Origin: an uncultured Lachnospiraceae bacterium
GTDB lineage: Bacteria > Bacillota > Clostridia > Lachnospirales > Lachnospiraceae
Assembly (NCBI GenBank): GCA_948468325.1
Contig: CAOKHR010000001.1
Coordinates: forward strand, 1 to 38,986
Length of the DNA: 38,986 nt
Direction of reading: 5' to 3'
A model generated the notes under the pieces. It saw only the letters and a list, made by a program, of their open reading frames with translations. It had not been told where the DNA came from and did not search any database. The first letter of the stretch is position 1. Each line of letters opens with the position of its first letter. A program made the translations under genes and the position numbers. This document shows positions 1 through 9,185 of the stretch, one piece after another.

Positions 1-378
1 AGAACGAATACTTAACTTTCTTGAATTTATAACGCTGACAGAAATATCTTCTATCTTTCCTTCCATTTTTACGGGATCTAATTCCTCTGCCCCGTCAATA
101 CTCAGACTCTCCTGAAAAGGAATTTCCCCTCTTAAACTGTTTATTTTTTTGCCGTCCAGGTCCGTGCGGTATAAAATATCAAAAATCAGTATTCCCTTGA
201 ACCAGACATGACCGCTGTTTACATGAACTTCATCAAACTGAATTTCTCCTTTCTCCCTGATTACTTTCGTCAAGTCCGGCTTAAAATCCGGCAGATTATA
301 ATCATCATCCAGCGTAATCTGGCTGAATGCCCGGCCAACTTCCTTATTCTTGTGCAAAATCTGTCTTTCTAATTCCAC
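1..378 (-). CDS. DUF3794/SPOCS-domain spore coat morphogenetic protein (SipL-like), 5' part only; runs off the window
   Basis: Not in the ORF track. GTG at 378 with SD GGAGG at 387-391; translates MELERQILHKNKEVGRAFSQITLDDDYNLPDFKPDLTKVIREKGEI...ISVSVINSRKLSIRS, typical of clostridial DUF3794 N-termini; lies downstream of veg. Confidence 0.8.
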   Translation of the reverse strand, partial: MELERQILHKNKEVGRAFSQITLDDDYNLPDFKPDLTKVIREKGEIQFDEVHVNSGHVWFKGILIFDILYRTDLDGKKINSLRGEIPFQESLSIDGAEELDPVKMEGKIEDISVSVINSRKLSIRS

Positions 379-407
379 AAAAAAATCCTCCGTTCTGAAT
401 TTGTACT

Positions 408-436
408 ATCTTATTCAGAACGAAGGACATTTATGC
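408..436 (-). promoter_or_regulatory. Sigma-E-type (mother cell) promoter for the DUF3794 gene
   Basis: Minus strand GCATAAA-N14-AATAAGAT, close to the sigma-E consensus ..ATA..-N14-cATAcanT, ahead of a coat assembly gene. Confidence 0.6.
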
Positions 437-485
437 CTTAATTATTGCCGGACGGCATACCGGCCTGACTGGAAATTTCATTCTA

Positions 486-728
486 TTAACAAAGTTTCAT
501 TCGTATTTCTCTGGTGATGATGTCTGTGTAACTAAATGATAATAACTGCGGTGGATTAGCTGTATTCTCGTCATCTACTAATATTGTAAATACGCTTGGA
601 TATGCATTTTGTATTACGCCCTGCTGCACATCTATTTTATTCCTTCCGCGATCCAGTTGAATCATTACCTTGCTTCCACGTTGTTGGTGTACAGATGCAC
701 GAACCTTACAGATGTCTTCCTGCTGCAT
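486..728 (-). CDS. veg: Veg family protein
   Basis: MQQEDICKVRASVHQQRGSKVMIQLDRGRNK...GVIQNAYPSVFTI...SFSYTDIIT matches the Veg pattern; start at 728 chosen from SD GGAGG at 736-740 (track start 764). Confidence 0.88.
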   Translation of the reverse strand: MQQEDICKVRASVHQQRGSKVMIQLDRGRNKIDVQQGVIQNAYPSVFTILVDDENTANPPQLLSFSYTDIITREIRMKLC

Positions 729-790
729 TCTAATTCCTCCCTTTTCCGGTGGCTGCTGTCGCATGAGTTGTCTGGTTATCTAACCGTTTT

Positions 791-819
791 AGTATAGCAC
801 AGTACTAAATGATTGTCAA
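791..819 (-). promoter_or_regulatory. Sigma-A promoter of veg
   Basis: TTGACA-N17-TATACT with extended TG on the minus strand. Confidence 0.85.
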
Positions 820-865
820 AGAATTTTCAATTTCACACTTTGAGTCCGCATTTTGAGCGTTTTGT

Positions 866-1411
866 CTATAAATGCAATTTAGCAATATTAATGATTAATG
901 TCTTGTAAATACATACCGATATGTCATCATCAAAGCTATATTGTCTGGTTTGTTCATTTTGTTCAAAATCGTATACGCTGACAGTGCGGATTCGGGGATT
1001 TATAATCCAATATTCCTTTACTCCGGCAGAACGGTATTTAAAAAGTTTGATTCCATAATCCATGCGTTCCGTGCTGGGGGAAACAACTTCAATAATCCAA
1101 TCCGGAGCACCGCTGCAGCCGTTTTCATTCAATTTGTTTTTATCACATATTACGGAAATATCAGGCTCAACGTAATTTTTGTTGTCCCCGTTCAAAAATA
1201 CTGCATAAGGGGCAAGATATATTTTGCACATGCCCCTGTTTGTGTCAATATAGTCTGCGATTTTACGGGAAAGAGAAAAAATAATGTCCTGATGTTTTGC
1301 GTTAGGAGGAGCCATATCGTAAATCTGTCCGTCAATCAATTCTGCCCTGTGCCCTTCCGGCAAAGCATATATATCATCAACGGTATAGGTTATTTTCTGC
1401 GGTAATGGCAT
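866..1411 (-). CDS. Uma2 (DUF820) family PD-(D/E)xK putative endonuclease
   Basis: ELIDGQIYDMAPP..HQ, VEPDISVIC, GAPDWIIEVVSPST, DYGIKLFKY..AGVKEYWIINP motifs. Confidence 0.9.
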   Translation of the reverse strand: MPLPQKITYTVDDIYALPEGHRAELIDGQIYDMAPPNAKHQDIIFSLSRKIADYIDTNRGMCKIYLAPYAVFLNGDNKNYVEPDISVICDKNKLNENGCSGAPDWIIEVVSPSTERMDYGIKLFKYRSAGVKEYWIINPRIRTVSVYDFEQNEQTRQYSFDDDISVCIYKTLIINIAKLHL

Positions 1412-1440
1412 GCCAATTCCTCGCTTTCTATAAATTACTT

Positions 1441-4400
1441 TTACTTTGTAATCACTGCTTTCTTTCCCTGCCCTTTTTTCGCCAAAATGCTTTTATACTT
1501 CTTAAGCTTTGCCTTTGGAACTTTTATTTTCAGCTTCGCAGCCGTTCCCTTAAATGCATTTTTTCCGACTTTCTTAAGAGCTGTACTCTTGATTATAATC
1601 TTATTTATTTTTTTGCTGTTAAAAAATGCTTTTGAGCCGATTTCTTTTAATTTCTTACTGTTGATTGTTACACTCTTAAGTTTGGTGCATTTTGCAAATG
1701 CCTGTACGCCGATTGCCTCCACATTTTTGCCGATGACTGCACCTGCCGCATCCTTATTGCCCGAAAATGCATTCTTTCCAACCGAGACGATTTTATACGC
1801 CTCACCTTTTATCGTTACGTCGTCTCCTACCGTAATCTTTTTGAGCGTTCTGCCGTCCGTTATTCCGGTAATTTCCACTGTCTTTTGAGTTAGGCTTAAT
1901 ATTTTATAGCTGTAATCTCCCTCTGTATAAACTTTTCCTTCCTCTGCTTTTTCTTCCGGCACAGGCGGCGTTCCTCCGGAGCCTCCGGAATTATTTTTCT
2001 TATCTTCTTCTTCCTTTTTCAGTTTCTCAGCTTTTATCGTCTGTTCCGCGTCGCTTAACGCTTTTAAAAGCTTCCTTAACGTGTTCGTATCTGCATTTTC
2101 ATCTGCCGCTTTTGCGTTCTGGTATGCCGTCTGGTAAGCATTCCAGCCAGGCAGTGTATCATAGAGGCTCTTCTGCTCCTGATACGTTTTTTCGGAAGCC
2201 GAAAGCGCGTCCGCAAGATTTCGCACTGCTTCGGATTTTGCCGCATCCAGCGATGCCGCAAAGTTCTCTTTTGCAACTTTTATTTCCGCCAGGGCTGCGT
2301 CCAGATTTTCTGTTGTCAGCATGTTTTCATACTTTAACTCAATTTCCCTCAACGCTGTCTCGTATGCTGCCAAAACTTCTATCGGATATAAAGAAGTCTC
2401 GCCGGAAACTTTTGCCGCATCGAGGCTGTCCGCAAATTCTTTTGCTTCCTTTTCTGTTAGTTCTGTATCCGTATTGACGGTCAGATTTGCCTGGAAAGTA
2501 ATTTCTTTGCTGTTTACAGCGTCTTTTCCTGTCACGGCTGCCGTATACTCTTTTTCCGGGTCAAGGCCGCTTAGTGTAATTTCTCCGTCTTCCGTGTATT
2601 CTTCTGTCTTTGAAATGCTCTTTCCGCCGGCTGTAAGTGTAAGCGTTACATTTTTTAATTTATTTGTATAACCGGAAAGTCCGCTCATTGCAACGCCTGC
2701 ACGGCTTCCTCTCTGTGTCACAGGCACTTCAATTGCAGATGTATCGCTCCAGTCATTTAACGCATACTGGTAATTTGCAAGCTCCGAAGTATTGACATAA
2801 ATGCCAAGCTCTCTTACAATCTGCTGGAACATGGAGAGGTTGCCTCTGCCGTTTGGATGAACGAGATCTACCAGCCAGCCGTATCTCTCTGTTCTTGAAA
2901 CATTGTCATTTCTGACGTTTTTCTGATAATCCAGCCACTCCTGCCTGTGATTTACAACGGTGATATTCAAATTCGGATGTTCTGCCCTCTCTTCTTCTGC
3001 AACATCATATATTGCATCAAATAACTTTTCGTATCCGCCATGCGGCCCGTCTACAATCATCTCACACGGCACCCGCAGAACAACGCTGGTTTCGGCATTA
3101 TTTTCATAAACTTTTTCCACCAGGGTCTTATAACGCTCCTTGTACTCATCGGCTGTAATCCCTGCCATTGACGCGCTACCATTGGTTACCACATTTTCGC
3201 CTCTATATGAAGAATCATTTGTACCAAGCATAATCATAACCACATCCGGATTATACCGCATTAAGCGAGGCTCGATCTGATCTAATGTTGTAGCAATCGT
3301 TGCGTTGGATACGCCCGTATTTAAAACAATATCGTCTGTCCGCCCAATCTCGTCTAAATATTTTGCAAACATCTGGGGGACATTGTCATATCCCTGTGTA
3401 ACAATTCCGTGCGTAATACTGTCTCCCATAAACAAATACGTTGCAGGCTCTTCTCTTGTAAACAGTTCCTGAATCTTTTCGTTTCCGTCGGAATTCTGGT
3501 TTTCATACTCGCAGTTAATCCCTTTATTTCCGGCAATAACCGTTACTTCCACCGGCTGATAGGATTCCCTGACAGTTCCGCGGCCCACATCATATACATT
3601 GAGAATATACTTCTCGCCTTGCTTTAATCCGTCTATTGTAAATTCATTTTCTTCTGCAGATGCAGAAATTTTTATACCTGATTCGTCTTCCAGTGTATAT
3701 TCTAACTGCACCGAATCCGCCGGCTCATCCTCTGCCTTTACCTTTATCCAGTCTTCTCCTGCAGTAACCTCTGCAACCTGCGCCAACTCTTTGGCTTCTG
3801 TCTGTTTTGCTACCGTATAGGAACCGTCGGAAAGCTGGTTAAAAGCATAATTTGTCTTTGTGTTCGTGCCTACTGCATCTTTAATCAGATTAGCCACTGC
3901 CTGATGTCCGGCTGCTGTCAGACTGCCGTCCTGTTTTATATAATTTTCCGCCAGCCCGCTAAGGTCAACCACTTTTACCCGTGTCCCGGCTACTTCCCGA
4001 ATTGCTTCTGTATAACTCGTGATATTCTGCTTATCTTCGCTTGTTCCGGAAGGATACGGCGTCAGAATAAACGGAAGTTTATTATCATATGCTACTTTGT
4101 CCAAAAAAGCCTGTAAATTTTCTTTGAAAGCTTCTATACCGCCCTGGCCCTTTCCATAATCAGCAGCTCCTATCATAATTCCAACAGCTGCTGTACCAAA
4201 AGGCGCTACTCTCGTATCGTACTCATTTAAAATCTGCTTTACATCTGCATTTCTTTTCGACGTATTAAATACAAAACGTCCGCGCTCAACAAATGACCCG
4301 CTCGCCCGCATCGTATCTTCAAACATTCCGACCCAGTTACGCGTAGTCCCCCCTGTGGCAAAATCCGCAACACCTTCCGTGCCTCCGGTAAAAAGCCATG

Positions 4401-5286
4401 TACGACAGGTTCCTCCGGTCCACATACCTGAAAAATTCGTTAAATTCGTTAAATCCTTGTCGCCCATTGTAAGCTTCTGGAGCTGCTCTACGCTGTAAGC
4501 TTTGTTAATTACTGTCAGGAAATCAATTTCCCCGTTAAACGACGCTCCGCCGCTGGTATCGGAGCCGACATAGCTGCCGCCTGCAATCTCAAACTTTGTA
4601 TAGTCATCCTGATTCTGGTTCATCCCTACTTTATAGAGTTTTGTCCACGAATTGTCGTACAAATCCAGCCCGCCGTCTACTATAAAGCGGACATTTCCTG
4701 CCTGAAATCCTATAGACGGGAGAAAACTGACTGCCATCGTATGGTACTTCCCATCTGCATATCCGGAACCGAAGTTCCCTTTCACTCCGGTTACCGGCGC
4801 TCCATTTTGGCCGACATTGCGCAAATGGCAGCGAATGGCTCCTCCCTGAAGCCCGAATATCATATTCTTTCCATTGCCTGACGTATCTGTTCCCATACCA
4901 CATAACAGACCGTTTGGATTGGTGGTCTTAAAACGGATAATTACTGTCTGGTCATTGCTGCCGCCTTTTAAATTATTTAACACCTCCATATAATGCCTGT
5001 CAGCTGTATCAGTGGAATAATCCAGGCCGCTGCCGGAAAAATCCTGATTAAAATCAATATCAAATCCCGCCTTTTCGCTGGCTGCATAACTTTCTGCCGC
5101 CTCATTCCGAACAGATGCAAGCGTAATCTCCTGTTCTCCCTCCAAAGCTTTGTTTGCTCCGTCTGAAACTGCCCGGTCTGCCGCATTTACATTAAGCGGA
5201 GCCTGCCAGACAAATAACGCTGCTGCCATATTCAGCGCCAGCCCTAAAGAAACAGCTTTTTTCCATAATTTTGTTCCTAAACGCAT
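1441..5286 (-). CDS. Secreted multidomain SGNH/GDSL hydrolase: signal peptide, LamG/ConA-like lectin domain, degenerate SGNH, intact SGNH, helical region, C-terminal LRR_5-like Lys-rich tail
   Basis: Start MRLGTKLWKK with SD AAAGGAAGG; signal ends near VNA-A; GDSITHG, GVSNAT, GTND and DLVHPN form an intact SGNH site; C-terminal xxIGxxAF repeats. Confidence 0.8.
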   Translation of the reverse strand: MRLGTKLWKKAVSLGLALNMAAALFVWQAPLNVNAADRAVSDGANKALEGEQEITLASVRNEAAESYAASEKAGFDIDFNQDFSGSGLDYSTDTADRHYMEVLNNLKGGSNDQTVIIRFKTTNPNGLLCGMGTDTSGNGKNMIFGLQGGAIRCHLRNVGQNGAPVTGVKGNFGSGYADGKYHTMAVSFLPSIGFQAGNVRFIVDGGLDLYDNSWTKLYKVGMNQNQDDYTKFEIAGGSYVGSDTSGGASFNGEIDFLTVINKAYSVEQLQKLTMGDKDLTNLTNFSGMWTGGTCRTWLFTGGTEGVADFATGGTTRNWVGMFEDTMRASGSFVERGRFVFNTSKRNADVKQILNEYDTRVAPFGTAAVGIMIGAADYGKGQGGIEAFKENLQAFLDKVAYDNKLPFILTPYPSGTSEDKQNITSYTEAIREVAGTRVKVVDLSGLAENYIKQDGSLTAAGHQAVANLIKDAVGTNTKTNYAFNQLSDGSYTVAKQTEAKELAQVAEVTAGEDWIKVKAEDEPADSVQLEYTLEDESGIKISASAEENEFTIDGLKQGEKYILNVYDVGRGTVRESYQPVEVTVIAGNKGINCEYENQNSDGNEKIQELFTREEPATYLFMGDSITHGIVTQGYDNVPQMFAKYLDEIGRTDDIVLNTGVSNATIATTLDQIEPRLMRYNPDVVMIMLGTNDSSYRGENVVTNGSASMAGITADEYKERYKTLVEKVYENNAETSVVLRVPCEMIVDGPHGGYEKLFDAIYDVAEEERAEHPNLNITVVNHRQEWLDYQKNVRNDNVSRTERYGWLVDLVHPNGRGNLSMFQQIVRELGIYVNTSELANYQYALNDWSDTSAIEVPVTQRGSRAGVAMSGLSGYTNKLKNVTLTLTAGGKSISKTEEYTEDGEITLSGLDPEKEYTAAVTGKDAVNSKEITFQANLTVNTDTELTEKEAKEFADSLDAAKVSGETSLYPIEVLAAYETALREIELKYENMLTTENLDAALAEIKVAKENFAASLDAAKSEAVRNLADALSASEKTYQEQKSLYDTLPGWNAYQTAYQNAKAADENADTNTLRKLLKALSDAEQTIKAEKLKKEEEDKKNNSGGSGGTPPVPEEKAEEGKVYTEGDYSYKILSLTQKTVEITGITDGRTLKKITVGDDVTIKGEAYKIVSVGKNAFSGNKDAAGAVIGKNVEAIGVQAFAKCTKLKSVTINSKKLKEIGSKAFFNSKKINKIIIKSTALKKVGKNAFKGTAAKLKIKVPKAKLKKYKSILAKKGQGKKAVITK

Positions 5287-5368
5287 ACTAACCTTCCTTT
5301 CTGAATCTGCCGTACAATAATAATGAGATAATTGTATCATATTTTTTAAATTTTTACTATATCATCTT

Positions 5369-5428
5369 AAAAAAAACGGCAGATATGATATGGCGCCTGC
5401 CGTTGGGCTGTGCCTATCTATCTGCCGT
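5369..5428 (-). terminator. Rho-independent terminator after the PrcB-domain gene
   Basis: ACGGCAGATA (5376-5385) and TATCTGCCGT (5419-5428) inverted repeat; A8 at 5369-5376 is a U-tract on the minus strand. Confidence 0.7.
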
Positions 5429-5435
5429 CTTCATA

Positions 5436-5879
5436 TTATTTAAAAATTACATTTTTATCCGGATTTGCCATCCTCACAACAAGATACGGATAACTCGGCG
5501 CCGCGTTTTTTGTTTCGTCTTTGGATGGCCCAATCAGATTTGTGTCAAAAATAACGGCGTTTTTCGTCAGATAAAAGTCTAAAATCTGTATGCTGTATCC
5601 TCCTGTTTCCTGTTCTCCGTACCCTCTTACTACATACAAATAATTATCGCCTTCATATGTCAGCTTAAAATCCGAAGCTTTTTTCTCTTCAATTTTTTCT
5701 TTCAGTTCCTGCGGTAAATCTTCCTCCTCTACAATTTCATATTCCACATCGCTGATTTTGCTGTCATCTGTTCTCTCAATTCCGCAGCCGCCAAATATTG
5801 CAAATATGGCAATTGCGCCGATTACAGCTCCATACAAAAGCAGACGGTATCCCATTTGGCTGTCATTATGCAAATCCAT
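5436..5879 (-). CDS. PrcB C-terminal domain protein (protease complex subunit PrcB family), probable lipoprotein
   Basis: Hydrophobic N-terminus ending FGGC; YVVRGYGEQETGGYSIQI...SYPYLVVR is the PrcB_C pattern. Confidence 0.75.
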   Translation of the reverse strand: MDLHNDSQMGYRLLLYGAVIGAIAIFAIFGGCGIERTDDSKISDVEYEIVEEEDLPQELKEKIEEKKASDFKLTYEGDNYLYVVRGYGEQETGGYSIQILDFYLTKNAVIFDTNLIGPSKDETKNAAPSYPYLVVRMANPDKNVIFK

Positions 5880-5929
5880 CTTCCTGATTACCCACTTTCC
5901 GTTTTTTACAGTTTATTCAGGAATTGTAG

Positions 5930-5958
5930 TTGTAATTCCAACTCTCAGCAGGTATAAT
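5930..5958 (+). promoter_or_regulatory. Sigma-A promoter for plsC
   Basis: TTGTAA-N17-TATAAT upstream of SD AAAGGA. Confidence 0.6.
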
Positions 5959-5999
5959 ATTCTCATCTTTCAGAAAGGAACGGATTTTTCCAAAAACCC

Positions 6000-6746
6000 A
6001 TGATCAGACTTATTCTTGTTTCCGTATTTGTTATTTTATATCTAATACTTACACTCCCCATTCTTGCCGCAGAATGGCTGCTTGCCAAAAAATTTCAATA
6101 CGCTGCCGATATTTCCAGGCTGCGCATGGTGCAATGGGCATTTAAAGTCATCCTGTTTATCAGCGGCACCCGTCTGACCGTTATCGGAGAAGAAAATGTG
6201 CCTGACGGCCAGGCCGTTCTTTATGCCGGCAATCACCGCAGCTTTTTTGATATTGTCATTACATATGCAAGATGTCCGGGGTTAACCGGCTATGTCGCCA
6301 AAGATTCCATGAAAAAAATCCCCCTCCTGTCGCTTTGGATGAAACGGCTTTACTGTCTCTTTCTTGACCGCGACAACATAAAAGAAGGCTTAAAGACAAT
6401 TCTCATCGGAATTGACCAGATAAAACGCGGAATTTCCATGTGTATTTTCCCGGAAGGCACCCGCGGCAAAGGCGTGGATGAATTAGATATGCCTCCATTT
6501 AAAGAAGGCAGTTTGAAAATGGCAGAAAAAACCGGCTGTCCCATTATTCCAATGGCACTCACCGGTACTGCCGATATTTTTGAAAATCATTTTCCCTGGA
6601 TTCGTTCCGCCCACGTAACTTTGCAGTACGGAAGCCCTATATATCCAAAAGAGCTTTCGAAAGAAGAGCAAAAACGTCTCGGCAATTACACCCAGAAAAT
6701 TATTTTAGAAATGCTTAAGACGTCGTCAACGCTTTCACAATCTTAG
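6000..6746 (+). CDS. plsC: 1-acyl-sn-glycerol-3-phosphate acyltransferase
   Basis: NHRSFFD (HX4D), FLDR, IFPEGTRG and PFKEG acyltransferase motifs. Confidence 0.88.
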   Translation: MIRLILVSVFVILYLILTLPILAAEWLLAKKFQYAADISRLRMVQWAFKVILFISGTRLTVIGEENVPDGQAVLYAGNHRSFFDIVITYARCPGLTGYVAKDSMKKIPLLSLWMKRLYCLFLDRDNIKEGLKTILIGIDQIKRGISMCIFPEGTRGKGVDELDMPPFKEGSLKMAEKTGCPIIPMALTGTADIFENHFPWIRSAHVTLQYGSPIYPKELSKEEQKRLGNYTQKIILEMLKTSSTLSQS

Positions 6747-8085
6747 AAAACTCCATAAAATGAGACGCTTTAATCAGTAAGGTGTCTCCTTTTTTTATTA
6801 CGGAAAGCAGATATGCAGTCAAATCTTCCTTTGTCTCAAAATGTGCCGCATAAGTACGGTTCCCCGCCACACTCTGTGTCGCCTGCACCATTTCTTTTGA
6901 TAATTCTCCTGTACAATATAAAAAATCGATCTGCTTTTGGGCCACGTAGCGCCCGATTCCGGCATGAAGACTGCGCTCTGACTCACCCAGTTCCCCCATA
7001 TCACCTAATACGGCAATTTTTCTTCCCGCGACACCGGAAAGTACATCGATACTCGCCTGCATGGAAACAGGATTTGCATTATAGCAGTCGTCAATTACTG
7101 TAATCCCGTTCTTTTGAATTAAATTGCTCCTGCCGCTGATACTCTCTACCGTTTCAATTCCCCTGCAAATATCATCTATATTCATACCACAGACCCGTCC
7201 GGCACAGGCTGCCGCCAGTGCATTATAAATATTGTGCTCACCGGGAATCGGAATTGTCACTTCCCTGCATTCCCCATACAGATGAAGTTTCATGCGGATT
7301 CCTTCCATTCCAAGAGGTTCTATGTCTGACGCATATACGTCTTTTTGATTTTTTCCATACAGAATCGGCCTCTTTCCATTGACATTCTGTATCGTGGCAA
7401 GTTTATCGTCATCTCCGTTTAATATTACAATGCCGTCTCCGCGCAGATGATCAAACACTTCCGTTTTTGCCCTTAAGATGCCGTCTCTGCTGCCTAAATT
7501 TTCCAGATGGCACAGCCCGATATTCGTAATCACGCAAATGTCAGGATTTGCAATTTCTGCAAGACGGTGCATTTCTCCAAAATCAGAAATTCCCATCTCA
7601 AGAACTGCCACTTCATGCTCTTTTTTTATATCAAATATAGTAAGCGGAAGCCCAATTTCATTATTAAAATTTCCTGCCGTTTTATGCACATTGTACTTTT
7701 CTTTTAAAACAGACGCTATCATCTCTTTTGTGCTGGTCTTGCCTACGCTTCCGGTAATCCCCACTACTTTAATTCCCAGAGATCTGCGGTAAAACGCCGC
7801 GATTTTCTTTAACGCCTCTTTTGTAGATTCTACCAGAATATAAGACCCGTTCGGATTCTTTATCTCTTCTTCTGACAAAGATGCAGCCGCTCCCGCATCC
7901 ATAACCGCAGGGATAAAACTGTGTCCGTCTACACGTTCCCCCCGAATGGGAATAAACAGACCGCCTTTTACTACTTTCCGGCTGTCAATTGCAATTTGCT
8001 CTACTTCTGTATCTATCCGGCTCCTGTCGCCAAAATATGTTCCGCCGCAGCATTGTACAATATTTTTTAATGTCATATTTTTCAT
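6715..8085 (-). CDS. murF: UDP-N-acetylmuramoyl-tripeptide--D-alanyl-D-alanine ligase
   Basis: DSRKV, GITGSVGKTSTKE, GNFNNEIGLP, DDCYNANP, LGDMGELG and KASH motifs. Confidence 0.95.
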   Translation of the reverse strand: MKNMTLKNIVQCCGGTYFGDRSRIDTEVEQIAIDSRKVVKGGLFIPIRGERVDGHSFIPAVMDAGAAASLSEEEIKNPNGSYILVESTKEALKKIAAFYRRSLGIKVVGITGSVGKTSTKEMIASVLKEKYNVHKTAGNFNNEIGLPLTIFDIKKEHEVAVLEMGISDFGEMHRLAEIANPDICVITNIGLCHLENLGSRDGILRAKTEVFDHLRGDGIVILNGDDDKLATIQNVNGKRPILYGKNQKDVYASDIEPLGMEGIRMKLHLYGECREVTIPIPGEHNIYNALAAACAGRVCGMNIDDICRGIETVESISGRSNLIQKNGITVIDDCYNANPVSMQASIDVLSGVAGRKIAVLGDMGELGESERSLHAGIGRYVAQKQIDFLYCTGELSKEMVQATQSVAGNRTYAAHFETKEDLTAYLLSVIKKGDTLLIKASHFMEFSKIVKALTTS

Positions 8086-9143
8086 GGCTGTTCCTCGTAT
8101 TTTTTTAATGAAATCTGAATCAGTTTCTCACATAGTGCGCAAAAATCCATTCCTGCCGCCTGTGCTTCCTGGGGAATCAGGCTGGTCGGCGTCATGCCCG
8201 GCAGCGTATTTGCTTCCAGGCAATAGATTTCTCCTGCCTCGCTCATCATAAAATCCATTCTGGAATATGTATCAAGTCCCAGCGTCTCTGCTGCCAGAAC
8301 TGCGATCTGCTGCATTCTTTCTGCCGTTTCTGCAGGAATCTCTGCCGGACAGGTCTCAATCGTGCTTCCCGCTTTATATTTATTTTTGTAATCGTAAAAA
8401 CCCTCAATCGGCGCCATTTCAATTACCGGAAGCGCTTTTCCCTCAATTACCGCAACAGAAAACTCTCTTCCTTTTATGTACTCCTCAATAATCACTTCGT
8501 CTTCCAGTCCGAAAGCCGCATCCAGCGCATTTTTAAATTCTTCTTTTGTATGTGCAATGGATACGCCGATACTTGAACCTCCGCAGCACGGTTTTACAAT
8601 ACATGGAAATGAAAGCCCCGTCTCTTCCAAATCATCCGTTCTCTCTGATTTTGTCATCTTTCTGCCGTCCGGCACAGGCACACCTGCCTCACGGAAGAAA
8701 AACCTGCTGATTCCTTTATCCATGGCAAGCGCACTGCCAAGGCAGCCGCTTCCCGTATAGCGAATGCCAAACAGATCAAATGCAGCCTGAATCTTTCCGT
8801 TTTCTCCGTCTTCCCCATGGAGAGCCAGAAAAACAATATCTGCCATCTGACACATGCGGATAACATTGGGACCAAAAAAGCTGTCTGACTGGTCTTTTCT
8901 CATGGCTTTTATTTTTGCGCGATCAGGAGCCGTCTCTGAAATATCTGCTGTCTCTATGCTGCTTTCCGTACTGTGGTCAAATAAATCAGAAATATCTTCC
9001 TCTTTTTCTTTATAACCCATAAAAACATCTGTCAAAACGACTCTGTGTCCATTCTCACGCAGTGCTTTTGCTACCATTTCTCCCGTTTTAAAAGAAACGT
9101 CTCTTTCCGTGCTCAATCCTCCTGCTAATACTACTATATCCAT
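8082..9143 (-). CDS. ddl: D-alanine--D-alanine ligase
   Basis: VLAGGLSTERDVS, LHGEDGENG, GSSIGV, FYDYKNKY and EANTLPGMT motifs; start 9143 has SD GGAGA, whereas the track start 9197 falls inside the predicted promoter. Confidence 0.95.
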   Translation of the reverse strand: MDIVVLAGGLSTERDVSFKTGEMVAKALRENGHRVVLTDVFMGYKEKEEDISDLFDHSTESSIETADISETAPDRAKIKAMRKDQSDSFFGPNVIRMCQMADIVFLALHGEDGENGKIQAAFDLFGIRYTGSGCLGSALAMDKGISRFFFREAGVPVPDGRKMTKSERTDDLEETGLSFPCIVKPCCGGSSIGVSIAHTKEEFKNALDAAFGLEDEVIIEEYIKGREFSVAVIEGKALPVIEMAPIEGFYDYKNKYKAGSTIETCPAEIPAETAERMQQIAVLAAETLGLDTYSRMDFMMSEAGEIYCLEANTLPGMTPTSLIPQEAQAAGMDFCALCEKLIQISLKKYEEQP

Positions 9144-9185
9144 CCCATTCTCCTGTCTTTTTTTAATCTTATTTTTGCTTTTCCC

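Noticed and set aside
866-1411. Uma2 nuclease as a defence system or mobile element
   Set aside because: It is a lone gene with no methylase, partner or flanking repeats; such genes are commonly scattered in clostridial genomes.
5908-5942. Possible sigma-H-like promoter (TGGA-N18-GAAT) for the PrcB-domain gene
   Set aside because: The match is short and imperfect and overlaps the plsC promoter; it cannot be told from chance.
6715-6746. 32-bp 3' overlap of convergent plsC and murF
   Set aside because: Short tail-to-tail overlaps are common and nothing indicates a special function.
8082-9143. ddl as a vancomycin-resistance ligase
   Set aside because: The omega loop FYDYKNKY is the D-Ala-D-Ala type, it is paired with murF, and there are no van genes.
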